From contig JAPOTY010000034.1 in assembly GCA_026708965.1 (NCBI GenBank), forward strand, positions 15,323 to 79,322: a stretch of 64,000 bases of DNA. The letters are read 5' to 3'. This stretch comes from Gammaproteobacteria bacterium (lineage in GTDB: Bacteria > Pseudomonadota > Gammaproteobacteria > Steroidobacterales > Foliamicaceae). Position 1 is the first letter of the stretch. Each line of letters opens with the position of its first letter. The notes beneath the pieces were generated by a model that ran no database searches, was not told where the DNA came from, and saw only the letters and a program-made list of their open reading frames with translations. Of the stretch, positions 1-9,371 are shown one piece after another. The translations under genes were made by a program, and so were the position numbers.

Positions 1-1354
1 TCTCGGCGCCCGACGGGCCGATATTGACGTTGGCGATCCCGCAATCGGAGCCCGTGGACGACAGGAACCGCTCCGCTTCGCGGATATCCTGCGTGAAGAC
101 GCACGAGGATAATCCCTGGGGCACGTCGTTATGCAGGGCCAGCGCCTCGTCGAAGGTTTCGTAGCGCATCGCATACAGAATGGGGGCGAAGGTCTCGGCC
201 CGCGCCGTTGCCGTCTGCCGCGGCATATCGACGATAGCGGGGCTGACATAACAGCCGCCCGAGGGCACGCCTTCGCTGATATCCCGGCCTCCGGCAACGG
301 CGCCGCCCTCGCCGCGCGCCCGATCCAGGGCCTGCATCATGGCGTCCCGCGCCGCCTGATCGATCAGCGGCCCCACCAGCACGCCTTCCTCGCGCGGGTC
401 GCCGATGGTCAGCCCGGAATAGACTGCGGCCAGCTTCCCAAGCAATGCGTCCTTGATCGACCGGTGCGCGATCAGGCGGCGCAACGAGGTGCAGCGCTGC
501 CCGGCGGTGCCCACGGCGGAGAAAACGATAGCCCGCGCGGCGAGGTCGAGATCCGCCGACGGCGCCACGATCATCGCGTTATTGCCGCCCAGCTCCAGAA
601 TGGACCGCCCGAACCGCGCCGCCACCTTGGGGCCGACAATCGACCCCATGCGGGTGGAGCCGGTGGCGGAAATCATCGGAACGCTTGGGGAGCATGCCAG
701 CGCGTCGCCCACATCGGCGCCGCCAACGGCTAATTGCACCAAGCCCTCCGGCGCGTCGCCGCCGAACCGCTTTAGCGCGCGCTGCATGATCTTCATCGTG
801 GCCAAGGCTGTGAGCGGGGTTTTCTCCGACGGCTTCCAGACCACCGGATTGCCGCACACCAGCGCCAGCGCCGCGTTCCACGACCACACGGCCACCGGAA
901 AATTGAACGCGGTGATCACGCCGCAAGGCCCCAGCGGATGCCAGGTCTCGCTCATCCGGTGCCCCGGGCGCTCTGAGGCGATGGTCTTGCCGTAAAGCTG
1001 GCGCGAAAGGCCCACGGCGAAATCGCAGATATCGATCATTTCCTGCACTTCGCCCTGCCCTTCGGAAACGATCTTGCCCGCCTCCAGCGTCACCACCGCG
1101 CCCAGCGCCTCCTTGCCGGCGCGCAGCTCCTCGCCGAGCAATCGCGCTAGCTCGCCCCGGCGCGGCGGCGGCACTTGGCGCCATGCCCGGAACGCCGCCT
1201 GCGACTTCGCCGCGATATCCGGCATTTCCGCCGCCGCAGTCTTGCGGACGCGCGCCACCTCGGCGCCGTCGATAGGCGAATGCGCCGCAAGCGTTCCGCC
1301 TTCCAGTTCGCGCGCCGTTAATCCGGCGGCCTTAAGAACCTGCGCGTGCGACAC
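1..1354 (-). CDS. Aldehyde dehydrogenase, ALDH7 / piperideine-6-carboxylate (aminoadipate-semialdehyde) dehydrogenase-like; 3' end runs off the window
   Basis: Own translation of the minus strand from GTG at 1354 (GGAGGG 7 nt upstream): VSHAQVLKAAGL...EGQGEVQEMIDICDFAVGLSRQLYG...FNFPVAVWSWNAALALVCGNPVVWKPSEKTPL. Absent from the ORF track because there is no stop in the window. Confidence 0.8.
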   Translation of the reverse strand, partial: MSHAQVLKAAGLTARELEGGTLAAHSPIDGAEVARVRKTAAAEMPDIAAKSQAAFRAWRQVPPPRRGELARLLGEELRAGKEALGAVVTLEAGKIVSEGQGEVQEMIDICDFAVGLSRQLYGKTIASERPGHRMSETWHPLGPCGVITAFNFPVAVWSWNAALALVCGNPVVWKPSEKTPLTALATMKIMQRALKRFGGDAPEGLVQLAVGGADVGDALACSPSVPMISATGSTRMGSIVGPKVAARFGRSILELGGNNAMIVAPSADLDLAARAIVFSAVGTAGQRCTSLRRLIAHRSIKDALLGKLAAVYSGLTIGDPREEGVLVGPLIDQAARDAMMQALDRARGEGGAVAGGRDISEGVPSGGCYVSPAIVDMPRQTATARAETFAPILYAMRYETFDEALALHNDVPQGLSSCVFTQDIREAERFLSSTGSDCGIANVNIGPSGAE

Positions 1355-1458
1355 CGATCTTCCCTCCGTTTAGCCGATTCGATCCCAAACCCGCCCCCAA
1401 TGCGCTCGGGGCACGGCCGCCGCCACTGTAACCCGCTCCGCGGCCCGTGAATATGCCT

Positions 1459-2379
1459 TTATACCGGATCGGCGAAGCGGCGGTGGAAACGGCGGCGAGG
1501 GGCGGGCAAGGAGCCTTCGGCATTCTTCAGATTGCGGCAGATGTAATCGGCCGACGGCGCAGCCAGCGCCTTGTAGGCGCGCTTGATAAGTTCGCGCGAA
1601 GCGGAACCGGACCAGCCGGCCGGCAGAATCTCGTCGGGGAAGCCAGGATCGCGGAGCAGAATGCGGCGATAGTCGTGAACCATGAGGGTGCGCAGCCAGA
1701 AGCTCTCCTCGGGGGCCGGCTCGCCGGGGCGCCGCTCGCGCGCCAGCGGCCGGTAGAAACTAAGAAACTCGTCGTAATGGCCCTTGAGCGCGTCGAGGTT
1801 CCATTTTCTGCGGGCCAGATCCCGAACCGCGGATTGCGAATGGGGTTCCCCGGCGGATGCCTTGAACACCGTCACCTGTCCGGCGAGGCCCAGCCCGGCA
1901 ATGGTGTCGTCGAGCTCCTCGCGCTCGGCGGAGGGGCGCGCGTGCAAGCCGCTGGCCAGCGAACTGAAGCCTTGCCAGGAAAGGCTCTTGATCAAAGCGT
2001 CGCGCTTGCCCTCCGGCAGGGCGGGAATCAGCACCAAGGTCCAGAGGCCGTCCCATTCCGGGCGGGCAGGCGAGTAGATGCGCCGCGCCGCCCGTTCGTA
2101 ATGCCCCCGGGCCTGTTCGGTGAAGCAGAAATAGCTGCGCCGCCCCACCCTTTCGGCCTTGAGCCAGTCCTGCCGCGCCAGCCGGTTCGCCGCCGTGCGC
2201 AGGCGGCGCTCGCCGAATCCGAACGGCGCCAGCGCCTCGATCAGGCTGCCCAGCCAGATCCAGCCGCCGTGCTGGGACACGGCATCGCCGAACACGGTGA
2301 CGATCATCGAGGCGGCGCTGATGGAGCGGGCGGCCACCCGGTCGGCCAGGATGCGCGAAGTAACGGGGCGCGGCTTCAT
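1459..2379 (-). CDS. paaX: Phenylacetic acid degradation operon repressor PaaX
   Basis: 306-aa ORF, full-length PaaX-like (FGDAV..GGWIWLGSLIEAL..RRLRTAANRLARQDWL). ATGA overlap with the paaE stop. Confidence 0.85.
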   Translation of the reverse strand: MKPRPVTSRILADRVAARSISAASMIVTVFGDAVSQHGGWIWLGSLIEALAPFGFGERRLRTAANRLARQDWLKAERVGRRSYFCFTEQARGHYERAARRIYSPARPEWDGLWTLVLIPALPEGKRDALIKSLSWQGFSSLASGLHARPSAEREELDDTIAGLGLAGQVTVFKASAGEPHSQSAVRDLARRKWNLDALKGHYDEFLSFYRPLARERRPGEPAPEESFWLRTLMVHDYRRILLRDPGFPDEILPAGWSGSASRELIKRAYKALAAPSADYICRNLKNAEGSLPAPRRRFHRRFADPV

Positions 2380-3473
2380 AGCTGGTCGAAATCAACCGCC
2401 ACGCGATCGCTGACGGGATGGGCTTGGCAGGTCAGAATCAAGCCTTCGGCCAATTCCTGCGCGCTCAGCGCATGGTTGATATCCAGTTCCACTTGGCCTT
2501 CAAGCAAGCGCGCCCGGCAGGTGGCGCACACGCCGCCTTTGCAGGAGAAGGGAAGGTCGGCGCCGTTGCGCAGCGCGCCGTCCAAGATGCTTTCGCCGTC
2601 GCTGGAAAGCTCGAACCGCGCGGAGCGGCCCGCCGCGGTCACGGTCACGTCGCTGACCCGACCGGCGTGCTGCCGGGCGCGGGCCAGATGCTTCTCGACC
2701 GCGGCGCGGGCATCCTCGGCCGAAGACGAGAACAGCTCGTAATGGATGCGCGCCTCGTCCACGCCGGCGCCGCGCAGCCCGCGCGAGACCTCCGAAATCA
2801 TCGATTGCGGCCCGCACAGGAAAAATTCGTCGGTTGCGGCGATATCGATCAGGCGCTTGCGCTGCAACTCGGCGCCCTTGCGGTTATCGAGGCGGCCGTG
2901 GAGCACCTCGGCATCCTGCTCCTCTCGGCTTAGGATATTGATCCAGTTGAACCGCGCCAGGTAGCGGTTCTTAACAAAGCCCAGCTCGCTTTTGAACATC
3001 ACCGTGGCCGAGTTGCGGTTGCCGTAAAGGAGCGTCACGCGGCTTCGCGGCTCGCGCTTGAGGACGGTTTTGACGATCGAGAGAATGGGCGTGATGCCGC
3101 TGCCGATGCAGATGCACAGGTAGCGCTTGTCGTGATCCGCCGACAGCGGCGTGAAGAAATTGCCTTGCGGCGGCAGCGCGCGGATTTCGTCGCCGGCCCG
3201 CAAGCGCTCGTTGGCGTAGGTGGAGAACGCGCCGCCTTCGATCCGCTTGATGCCCACCTTCAGGCAGCCGTCGTCCACGCCCGAGCAGATCGAATACGAG
3301 CGGCCCACCTCCTCGCCGCCGATCTCGGTGCCGAGGGTCAGGTATTGCCCTTGGATGAAGCGGAACGCCTCGCGCAGGCCGCGGGGCACGTGGAAGGCAA
3401 CGCATACCGCGCCGCCGGCCTCGGGGCGCACTTCCGCCACCCGCAACGAATGCCAGCCGGACGAGCCTACCAC
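2376..3473 (-). CDS. paaE: 1,2-phenylacetyl-CoA epoxidase reductase subunit PaaE (FNR-like plus 2Fe-2S ferredoxin)
   Basis: WHSLRVAEV..., RSYSICS, GSGITPILSI and C-terminal CxxxxCxxC (SCKGGVCATCRARL). The track ORF (to 3797) has an Arg/Ala-rich non-homologous extension. GTG at 3473 gives the usual ~365 aa. Confidence 0.85.
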   Translation of the reverse strand: MVGSSGWHSLRVAEVRPEAGGAVCVAFHVPRGLREAFRFIQGQYLTLGTEIGGEEVGRSYSICSGVDDGCLKVGIKRIEGGAFSTYANERLRAGDEIRALPPQGNFFTPLSADHDKRYLCICIGSGITPILSIVKTVLKREPRSRVTLLYGNRNSATVMFKSELGFVKNRYLARFNWINILSREEQDAEVLHGRLDNRKGAELQRKRLIDIAATDEFFLCGPQSMISEVSRGLRGAGVDEARIHYELFSSSAEDARAAVEKHLARARQHAGRVSDVTVTAAGRSARFELSSDGESILDGALRNGADLPFSCKGGVCATCRARLLEGQVELDINHALSAQELAEGLILTCQAHPVSDRVAVDFDQL

Positions 3474-4228
3474 CGAAGCCCCGGATAAGCGCGCTGCATG
3501 GATTGCATCTCGGCGAGCAGATAGCCGTGATGCTCGGTATGCACGCCTTCCCTGCCGCCGGCAACGGACCATTCCTGCCCGGGCGCGTCGAGCGCGGCCT
3601 CCGCAAGGAGTGTTTCCATCAAGGCCCGCCAGCGGGGCTTGAGCGCGGAGCGGTCCGCCGACACGCCGCTTTCGAGCAGCGCCGCCTCGTGGCGGTCCAT
3701 CGCGAATAATTCCGGCCCGTAGCCCCATAGGCGGTCGAAAGCGCGTTGAATCCTGGCGCGGCTTTCGGCGGTGCCGCCGCCGAGCCGCAACACCCACTCG
3801 CGGCTGCGCTTGAGATGGAAGCGGCTCTCCTTGGCCGCCTCGGCGGCGAGCGCGGCGATGCGGGCATCGCTGGAGCGGGCGAGGCGCTTGAAATACTCCA
3901 GATGGAAGGCATCGACCATCGCTTGCCGCGCCATGGTATGGGCGAAATCGCCGATCGGCAGCTCGAAGATCAGCAGGTTGCGGTAGGCCCGGCTGTGCCG
4001 CAGGAAGGCGATTTGGTCAACGCTGCGGCGCCCTTGCTCGAGTTCCGACAGGTAGCGGTAGCACTTTTCGGCCCGGCCGAGGTAATCCAGCGCCACGTTG
4101 GCGATGGCGATATCCTCTTCCAGCAACGGCGCCTTGCCGCACCATTCCGACAGGCGCTGGCCCAGAATCAGCGAGTCGTCGCCCAGCGCCAGCAGGAAAT
4201 GGCCCAGCGCGCCTTGGGGGAGGCTCAC
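3467..4228 (-). CDS. paaC: 1,2-phenylacetyl-CoA epoxidase subunit PaaC
   Basis: Homologous part starts [34 protein letters not shown] at 4228 overlaps the paaB stop (GTGA). The track ORF upstream extension was rejected. Confidence 0.8.
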   Translation of the reverse strand: MSLPQGALGHFLLALGDDSLILGQRLSEWCGKAPLLEEDIAIANVALDYLGRAEKCYRYLSELEQGRRSVDQIAFLRHSRAYRNLLIFELPIGDFAHTMARQAMVDAFHLEYFKRLARSSDARIAALAAEAAKESRFHLKRSREWVLRLGGGTAESRARIQRAFDRLWGYGPELFAMDRHEAALLESGVSADRSALKPRWRALMETLLAEAALDAPGQEWSVAGGREGVHTEHHGYLLAEMQSMQRAYPGLRW

Positions 4229-4539
4229 AGGTTCTTCACCTCGGGCGGCAGGCGGTAGAAAGTGGCATGGCGGTAGGGCTTGTCGTTGGACGGATCGAAG
4301 AAGCTGGCGGCATCCTCCTCCTGCGAGGCCACGATATCGCTGGATTTCACCACCCAGATGCTCACGCCCTCGCCGCGGCGGGTATAGCAATCGCGCGCGA
4401 ATTTCAGCGCCTGGGGGCCGTCCTCGGCATGCAGGCTGCCCACGTGCTTGTGGTCCAAGCCGCGCCTGGAGCGCACGAACACTTCGTACAAGGGCAATTC
4501 CATGCCTTCCGCCATCGGCCCGGCTCGCTGCCTGCTCAT
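4225..4539 (-). CDS. paaB: 1,2-phenylacetyl-CoA epoxidase subunit PaaB
   Basis: 104 aa: ...[45 protein letters not shown] overlap with the paaA stop. Confidence 0.85.
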   Translation of the reverse strand: MSRQRAGPMAEGMELPLYEVFVRSRRGLDHKHVGSLHAEDGPQALKFARDCYTRRGEGVSIWVVKSSDIVASQEEDAASFFDPSNDKPYRHATFYRLPPEVKNL

Positions 4540-5531
4540 GCGATGCGAAGCCGCTCCGCTGAAGGCGGGACGGCCTCTTCGCCCGGTCCGGCGGCGCTTT
4601 TCCTCTCCTCGTAGGCGCGCAGGGCCTCGCGCACCCACTCGCCTTCGCGGTGCGCCTTGCTGTGCGCCGCCAAGCGCTCGCGGTTGCACGGGCCGTTGCC
4701 GGCAATCACCGCCTGGAACTCGTCCCAGTCGATGGCGCCGAAATCGTAATGGCCGCGCTCCGCGTTCCATTTCAGGTCCGGGTCCGGAACCGCCAAGCCC
4801 AGATGCTCCGCCTGCGGAACGGCCTGATCGACGAAATCCTGGCGCATCTCGTCGTTGCTCCGGCGCTTGATCTTCCACTGCATCGATTGGGCGCTATGCA
4901 CCGACTCGGCATCGTGCGGGCCGAACATCATCAGCGTGGGCCACCACCAGCGGTTCATCGCGTCCTGGGCCATCGCCTTCTGCTCCGGGCTGCCCGATGC
5001 CAGCGGCATCAGCATTTCAAAGCCTTGGCGCTGATGGAAGCTCTCCTCCTTGCAAATGCGGATCATCGCCCGCGAATAAGGGCCGTAGGAGGTGCGTTGC
5101 AGCGAAATCTGGTTAACGATGGCGGCGCTATCGACCAGCCAGCCGATCACTCCCACATCGGCCCAGGTGAGCGTGGGATAGTTGAAGATCGAGGCGTACT
5201 TGGCGCGCCCCTCGTGCAGCGCCTCGATCATTTCCTCGCGGGCAACGCCCAGCGTTTCCGCGGCGCTGTACAGGTAGAGGCCGTGCCCGGCCTCGTCCTG
5301 CACCTTGGCCAGCAGGATCATCTTGCGCTTCAGCGTGGGCGCGCGGGTAATCCAGTTGCCCTCCGGCTGCATGCCGATCACCTCCGAGTGCGCATGCTGC
5401 GAGATCTGGCGGACCAGGCTGCGGCGGTAGGCCGTCGGCATCCAGTCCTTGGGCTCGATCTTGCGCTCCTCATCGACGCGCTGCTGGAAGGCCGCCGCCA
5501 GCTCCGCATCGCTTAAGCGGTATTCGCTCAT
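4536..5531 (-). CDS. paaA: 1,2-phenylacetyl-CoA epoxidase catalytic subunit PaaA
   Basis: 331 aa, diiron-oxygenase-like ([11 protein letters not shown]..., [12 protein letters not shown]). Confidence 0.9.
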   Translation of the reverse strand: MSEYRLSDAELAAAFQQRVDEERKIEPKDWMPTAYRRSLVRQISQHAHSEVIGMQPEGNWITRAPTLKRKMILLAKVQDEAGHGLYLYSAAETLGVAREEMIEALHEGRAKYASIFNYPTLTWADVGVIGWLVDSAAIVNQISLQRTSYGPYSRAMIRICKEESFHQRQGFEMLMPLASGSPEQKAMAQDAMNRWWWPTLMMFGPHDAESVHSAQSMQWKIKRRSNDEMRQDFVDQAVPQAEHLGLAVPDPDLKWNAERGHYDFGAIDWDEFQAVIAGNGPCNRERLAAHSKAHREGEWVREALRAYEERKSAAGPGEEAVPPSAERLRIA

Positions 5532-7570
5532 GCCAGCCTCCTCTCCACCAGCGTCAGCACGTCGTAGAGCGCCACCGCCTTATCCTCCTGGTTGACGATC
5601 TCCACGTCCCACACCACCACGCCAACGGCGCGGTCCTCGTCCGGGCGCTTTTCCTTGGCGATCTTCCTCTTGGCCGTCAGCCGCGCCTGGATGGTGTCGC
5701 CGATGCCCACCGGCTCGATGAAGCGCAGATTCTCCAGCCCGTAATTGGCCAGCACCGGCCCCGGCGCCGGATCGACGAACAGGCCGGCCGCCGCCGATAC
5801 CACGAAGTAGCCGTGCGCCACCCGCTTGCCGAACAGCGAATCCTTGGCCGCCTCCTCGTCGAAATGGGCGTAGAAATGATCGCCCGAAACGCAGCCGAAA
5901 TTCACGATATCGGCCTCGGTCACGGTGCGCCGGTGGGTGGTGAGGCGGTCGCCCACCTCGAGATCCTCGAAATGCTTGCGAAACGGATGGATGTCCGTTT
6001 CCCGGACCCGGGCGCCGGCCTGGTACTCGCGGGTAATGGCCGCCAGCGAGCGGGGCGAGCCTTGCACCGAGGTGCGCTGCATATAGTGCTTGACCGCCCG
6101 CGCTCCGCCCAGTTCCTCGCCGCCGCCGGCCCGGCCCGGCCCGCCGTGAACCAGCAGCGGCAGCGGCGAGCCGTGGCCGGTGGATTCCTTCGCGCAATCG
6201 CGGTTGAGCACCAGCATGCGGCCGTGCCAGGCCGCGGCGCCGAGCACGATCCGCGCCGCCTCGCCGTCGTCGCTGGTCACCACCGAGCCCACCAGGCTGC
6301 CGCGGCCCTTGGCGGCCAGATCAATCGCCTCGTCCGTGCCGCGGTACGGCATCAGCGTGGCCACCGGCCCGAAGGCTTCGGTCGAATGCGGCGCCTCCGT
6401 TGCGAGCGGGTCGGCGCAATAAAGCAGCGTGGGCGGATAGAAGGCATCGCGCACGGCGCGCTCGCCGACCAGCTCGAAATCGCCGCCGCCCAGCAGGATT
6501 TCGCAACTGCCGGCCAGCGCTTCCACGCTGGCCTGCACCTCGGCCTTCTGCGCGGCGCCCAGCAGCGGCCCCATGCGCACGCCCTCCGCCGCCGGATCGC
6601 CAACCGCCATTTTCGACAGCCGCGCCTTAAGGGCATCGGCCACCGGCTGCAGCTGCTGCTCCGGCACCAAGATGCGGCGGATCGCGGTGCATTTCTGCCC
6701 CGCTTTGGAGGTCATCTCGCGGACCACCTCCTTTATAAACAAGCCGAATTCCGGATCGTCCGCCTTCACTGATTCGCCCAGAACGCAGCAGTTCAGCGAG
6801 TCCGCTTCCTGATTGAACGGAATGCTGCGGGCGATGATGCCGGGGTGCGCCTTGAGCTTGCGGCCGGTTTCGGCCGAGCCGGTGAACGTGACCACATCCT
6901 GCTCGCGGAGATGGTCGAGGAGATTGCCGGCGCGGCCGCAAATGAGTTGCAGCGCGCCTTCCGGCAGCAGCCCGGAGGCGATGATTTGGCGCGCCATCGC
7001 CTCGGCCAGGTAGGCCGAGCCGGTGGCGGGCTTGACCACTGCCGGCACGCCCGCGATCAGGCTGGGGGCGATCTTCTCCAGCATTCCCCAGCAGGGGAAG
7101 TTGAACGCGTTGATATGCACCGACACGCCGCGCTTCGGGGTGAGGATATGGCGGGCCGAAAAGGTATTGCCGGCCGATAGCCGCTCGGGGCCGCCTTCCA
7201 CGATGAACGGCTCGTTCGGAAACTCGCGCCGGGCGATGCTGGAAAAACTGAAAAGGGTGCCGATTCCGCCCTCGATATCCACCCAGCTATCGGCCCGGGT
7301 GGCGCCCGTGCAGGCCGAGATCCGGTAGAGCTCGTCCTTGCGCTCAAGCAGGTGCTTGGCCAGCGCCTTGAGCGCCAAGGCGCGCTCGTGGAGGGTTAGG
7401 GCGCGCAGCGCGGGGCCGCCTTCGGAGCGCCCGTAATCCAGCGCCCGCGGCAAATCCACGCCCTCGCTGCTCGTGGAAGTGATACGTTCTCCGGTTACAG
7501 AATGGAAAATATGAGTTGTTTCTTCCGACCCCGGAATCCAATGGCCATAGACATAACTTTTTGTTTTCAT
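5528..7570 (-). CDS. paaZ: Bifunctional oxepin-CoA hydrolase / 3-oxo-5,6-dehydrosuberyl-CoA semialdehyde dehydrogenase PaaZ
   Basis: 680 aa. N-terminal ALDH domain ([27 protein letters not shown]) plus a C-terminal MaoC/hot-dog hydratase domain. Confidence 0.9.
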   Translation of the reverse strand: MKTKSYVYGHWIPGSEETTHIFHSVTGERITSTSSEGVDLPRALDYGRSEGGPALRALTLHERALALKALAKHLLERKDELYRISACTGATRADSWVDIEGGIGTLFSFSSIARREFPNEPFIVEGGPERLSAGNTFSARHILTPKRGVSVHINAFNFPCWGMLEKIAPSLIAGVPAVVKPATGSAYLAEAMARQIIASGLLPEGALQLICGRAGNLLDHLREQDVVTFTGSAETGRKLKAHPGIIARSIPFNQEADSLNCCVLGESVKADDPEFGLFIKEVVREMTSKAGQKCTAIRRILVPEQQLQPVADALKARLSKMAVGDPAAEGVRMGPLLGAAQKAEVQASVEALAGSCEILLGGGDFELVGERAVRDAFYPPTLLYCADPLATEAPHSTEAFGPVATLMPYRGTDEAIDLAAKGRGSLVGSVVTSDDGEAARIVLGAAAWHGRMLVLNRDCAKESTGHGSPLPLLVHGGPGRAGGGEELGGARAVKHYMQRTSVQGSPRSLAAITREYQAGARVRETDIHPFRKHFEDLEVGDRLTTHRRTVTEADIVNFGCVSGDHFYAHFDEEAAKDSLFGKRVAHGYFVVSAAAGLFVDPAPGPVLANYGLENLRFIEPVGIGDTIQARLTAKRKIAKEKRPDEDRAVGVVVWDVEIVNQEDKAVALYDVLTLVERRLA

Positions 7571-7780
7571 TTATTTATATATTTATTTAATTGGTCTCTT
7601 AGAGATAAGAGGAATAATTATAACTCATTTTTCTAAAATTTTTCTTTATAGATGTATCATATTGAAAGCAGGGAATGGTATGCTGCGCTTCTTGCCGAAC
7701 AGGGGCTTTCCGCCCTTGCCGAGGGCAGGATCCCCCCGTTCCTTGGCGGGAGGCAGCGGGTCATCAGGAGGCGCGGCGGA
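7571..7780. promoter_or_regulatory. Divergent paaZ / paaK control region with an extremely AT-rich core (7571-7651)
   Basis: About 80 bp of nearly pure A/T in a GC-rich genome, lying between divergent start codons. It contains an 11-bp palindrome TCTCT-T-AGAGA (7595-7605). Confidence 0.6.
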
Positions 7781-9085
7781 TTGAACTCCCAAAAGGGCTA
7801 CGAGGCGATCGAGAACGCCGGGATCGACGAGATCCGGGCGTTGCAGGCGGAGCGCCTAGGCCAGACGCTGCGGCACGCCTATCGGAATTCGCCCGTTTAC
7901 CGGCGGAAATTCGATGCGGCGGGCGTCAAGCCGGAGGATTTCCGCTCGCTCGGCGATCTGGCCCGCTTCCCGTTCACCACCAAGGCCGATCTTCGCGACG
8001 CCTACCCGTTCGGGCTCTGCTGCGTGCCGATGGAGCGGGTGGCGCGCATCCATGCCTCGAGCGGCACCACCGGCCAGCCCACGGTGGTGTGCTATTCGGC
8101 GGCGGATATCGACAGATGGGCCGGCTTGTGCGCGCGCTCGATCCACGCCGCCGGAGGCCGCCCCGGCGACAAGGTGCATGTGGCCTACGGCTACGGCCTT
8201 TTCACCGGCGGGCTCGGGGCCCACTACGGCGCTGAGCGCTTAGGCTGCGCGGTGATCCCCATGTCCGGCGGCCAAACCGCAAGGCAGGCGCAGCTGATCC
8301 GCGATTTCGACCCGGATATCATCATGGTCACGCCTTCGTATCTGCTGAATATCAGCGACGAGATGGCCCGCCAAGGCATCGACCCGGAAAGGCTGGCGCT
8401 GCGCTTGGGAATACTGGGCGCGGAACCCTGGAGCGAAGCGATGGGCGCGGAAATCGAAGCGCGGATGAAGCTGGACGCGGTGGATATCTATGGCCTGTCC
8501 GAAGTGATGGGCCCGGGCGTGGCCCAGGAGTGCGTGGAGAGCAAGGACGGCGCCACGATCTGGGAGGACCATTTCTATCCCGAAATCATCGATCCCGGCA
8601 CGGGCGCGGCGCTGCCCGACGGCGAACAGGGCGAACTGGTGTTCACGACGCTCACCAAGGAGGCCATGCCGGTGATCCGCTACCGCACCCGCGACCTCAC
8701 GCGGCTGCTGCCCGGCACAGCGCGCAGCATGCGCCGGATGGCCAGGATCGCCGGACGCAGCGACGATATGCTGATTATCCGCGGCGTGAACGTGTTTCCC
8801 AGCGCTATCGAGGAACAGGTCCTCAGCGTGGCCGGGCTTGCCCCGCACTACCTGATCGAAGTCGATCGGCGCGGCCGCCTCGACCAAGTGACGGTTGCGG
8901 CCGAGCGGCGGAACGAGGCGGCGGCGGAACCGGAGGCGCTGCGCGCCGAGCTGGCGCGCCGGATCAAGGATATTCTGGGCCTTTCCGCGCAGGTGGAAAT
9001 CGCCGCCCCCGGCAAACTGCCCCGCTCGCAAGGCAAAGCGGCGCGCATCATCGAAAAGAGCAGAACGCACAGCGAAACAGAATAA
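7781..9085 (+). CDS. paaK: Phenylacetate-CoA ligase PaaK
   Basis: SSGTTGQPTV motif. The N-terminus LNSQKGYEAIENAGIDEIRALQAERL aligns with the start of known PaaK proteins. TTG at 7781 is preceded by AGGAGG 9 nt upstream. The track ORF begins at ATG 7652 (a 43-aa non-homologous extension), so the start is uncertain. Confidence 0.85.
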   Translation: MNSQKGYEAIENAGIDEIRALQAERLGQTLRHAYRNSPVYRRKFDAAGVKPEDFRSLGDLARFPFTTKADLRDAYPFGLCCVPMERVARIHASSGTTGQPTVVCYSAADIDRWAGLCARSIHAAGGRPGDKVHVAYGYGLFTGGLGAHYGAERLGCAVIPMSGGQTARQAQLIRDFDPDIIMVTPSYLLNISDEMARQGIDPERLALRLGILGAEPWSEAMGAEIEARMKLDAVDIYGLSEVMGPGVAQECVESKDGATIWEDHFYPEIIDPGTGAALPDGEQGELVFTTLTKEAMPVIRYRTRDLTRLLPGTARSMRRMARIAGRSDDMLIIRGVNVFPSAIEEQVLSVAGLAPHYLIEVDRRGRLDQVTVAAERRNEAAAEPEALRAELARRIKDILGLSAQVEIAAPGKLPRSQGKAARIIEKSRTHSETE

Positions 9086-9371
9086 TGCCGTCGTGACATG
9101 CTTTTGGGATGATTTAGGGCTCTCTGTCACGGTCGCTCAGACGCTTATAATCTCACTGCACGAACTTGCTCGCAGGTAGGATTGAGCGTTTGGGGAAAAA
9201 CAGAGAAGCCCAATATCTAAAGGGTGTTCGCCAGTGAGTAAGCATTACCTGCGACAAGAGCGCAAACAGGCGGTTAGCAACCCGAAAGCACCGCAAGCGC
9301 GTCGAGGTGCCGCATCGGGCGAGAATCAGCGTTGGCAACGGAACCAGCGGCATCGACCGGGGAATCGCTGG

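Noticed and set aside
3474-3797. N-terminal extensions of track ORFs: paaE to 3797, paaC to 4705, paaB to 4878, nlpD to 26975, ftsB to 29217, kdsA to 31487, dNK to 35814, surE to 28775 and dcm to 46354.
   Set aside because: The extensions overlap the upstream gene, lack homology and are Arg-rich. Internal starts give canonical N-termini and 1-4-nt translational coupling.
7652-7780. ATG at 7652 as the paaK start.
   Set aside because: The first 43 residues have no counterpart in PaaK as I know it. TTG 7781 has a strong AGGAGG and aligns with the known N-terminus. The earlier start is kept as an alternative only.
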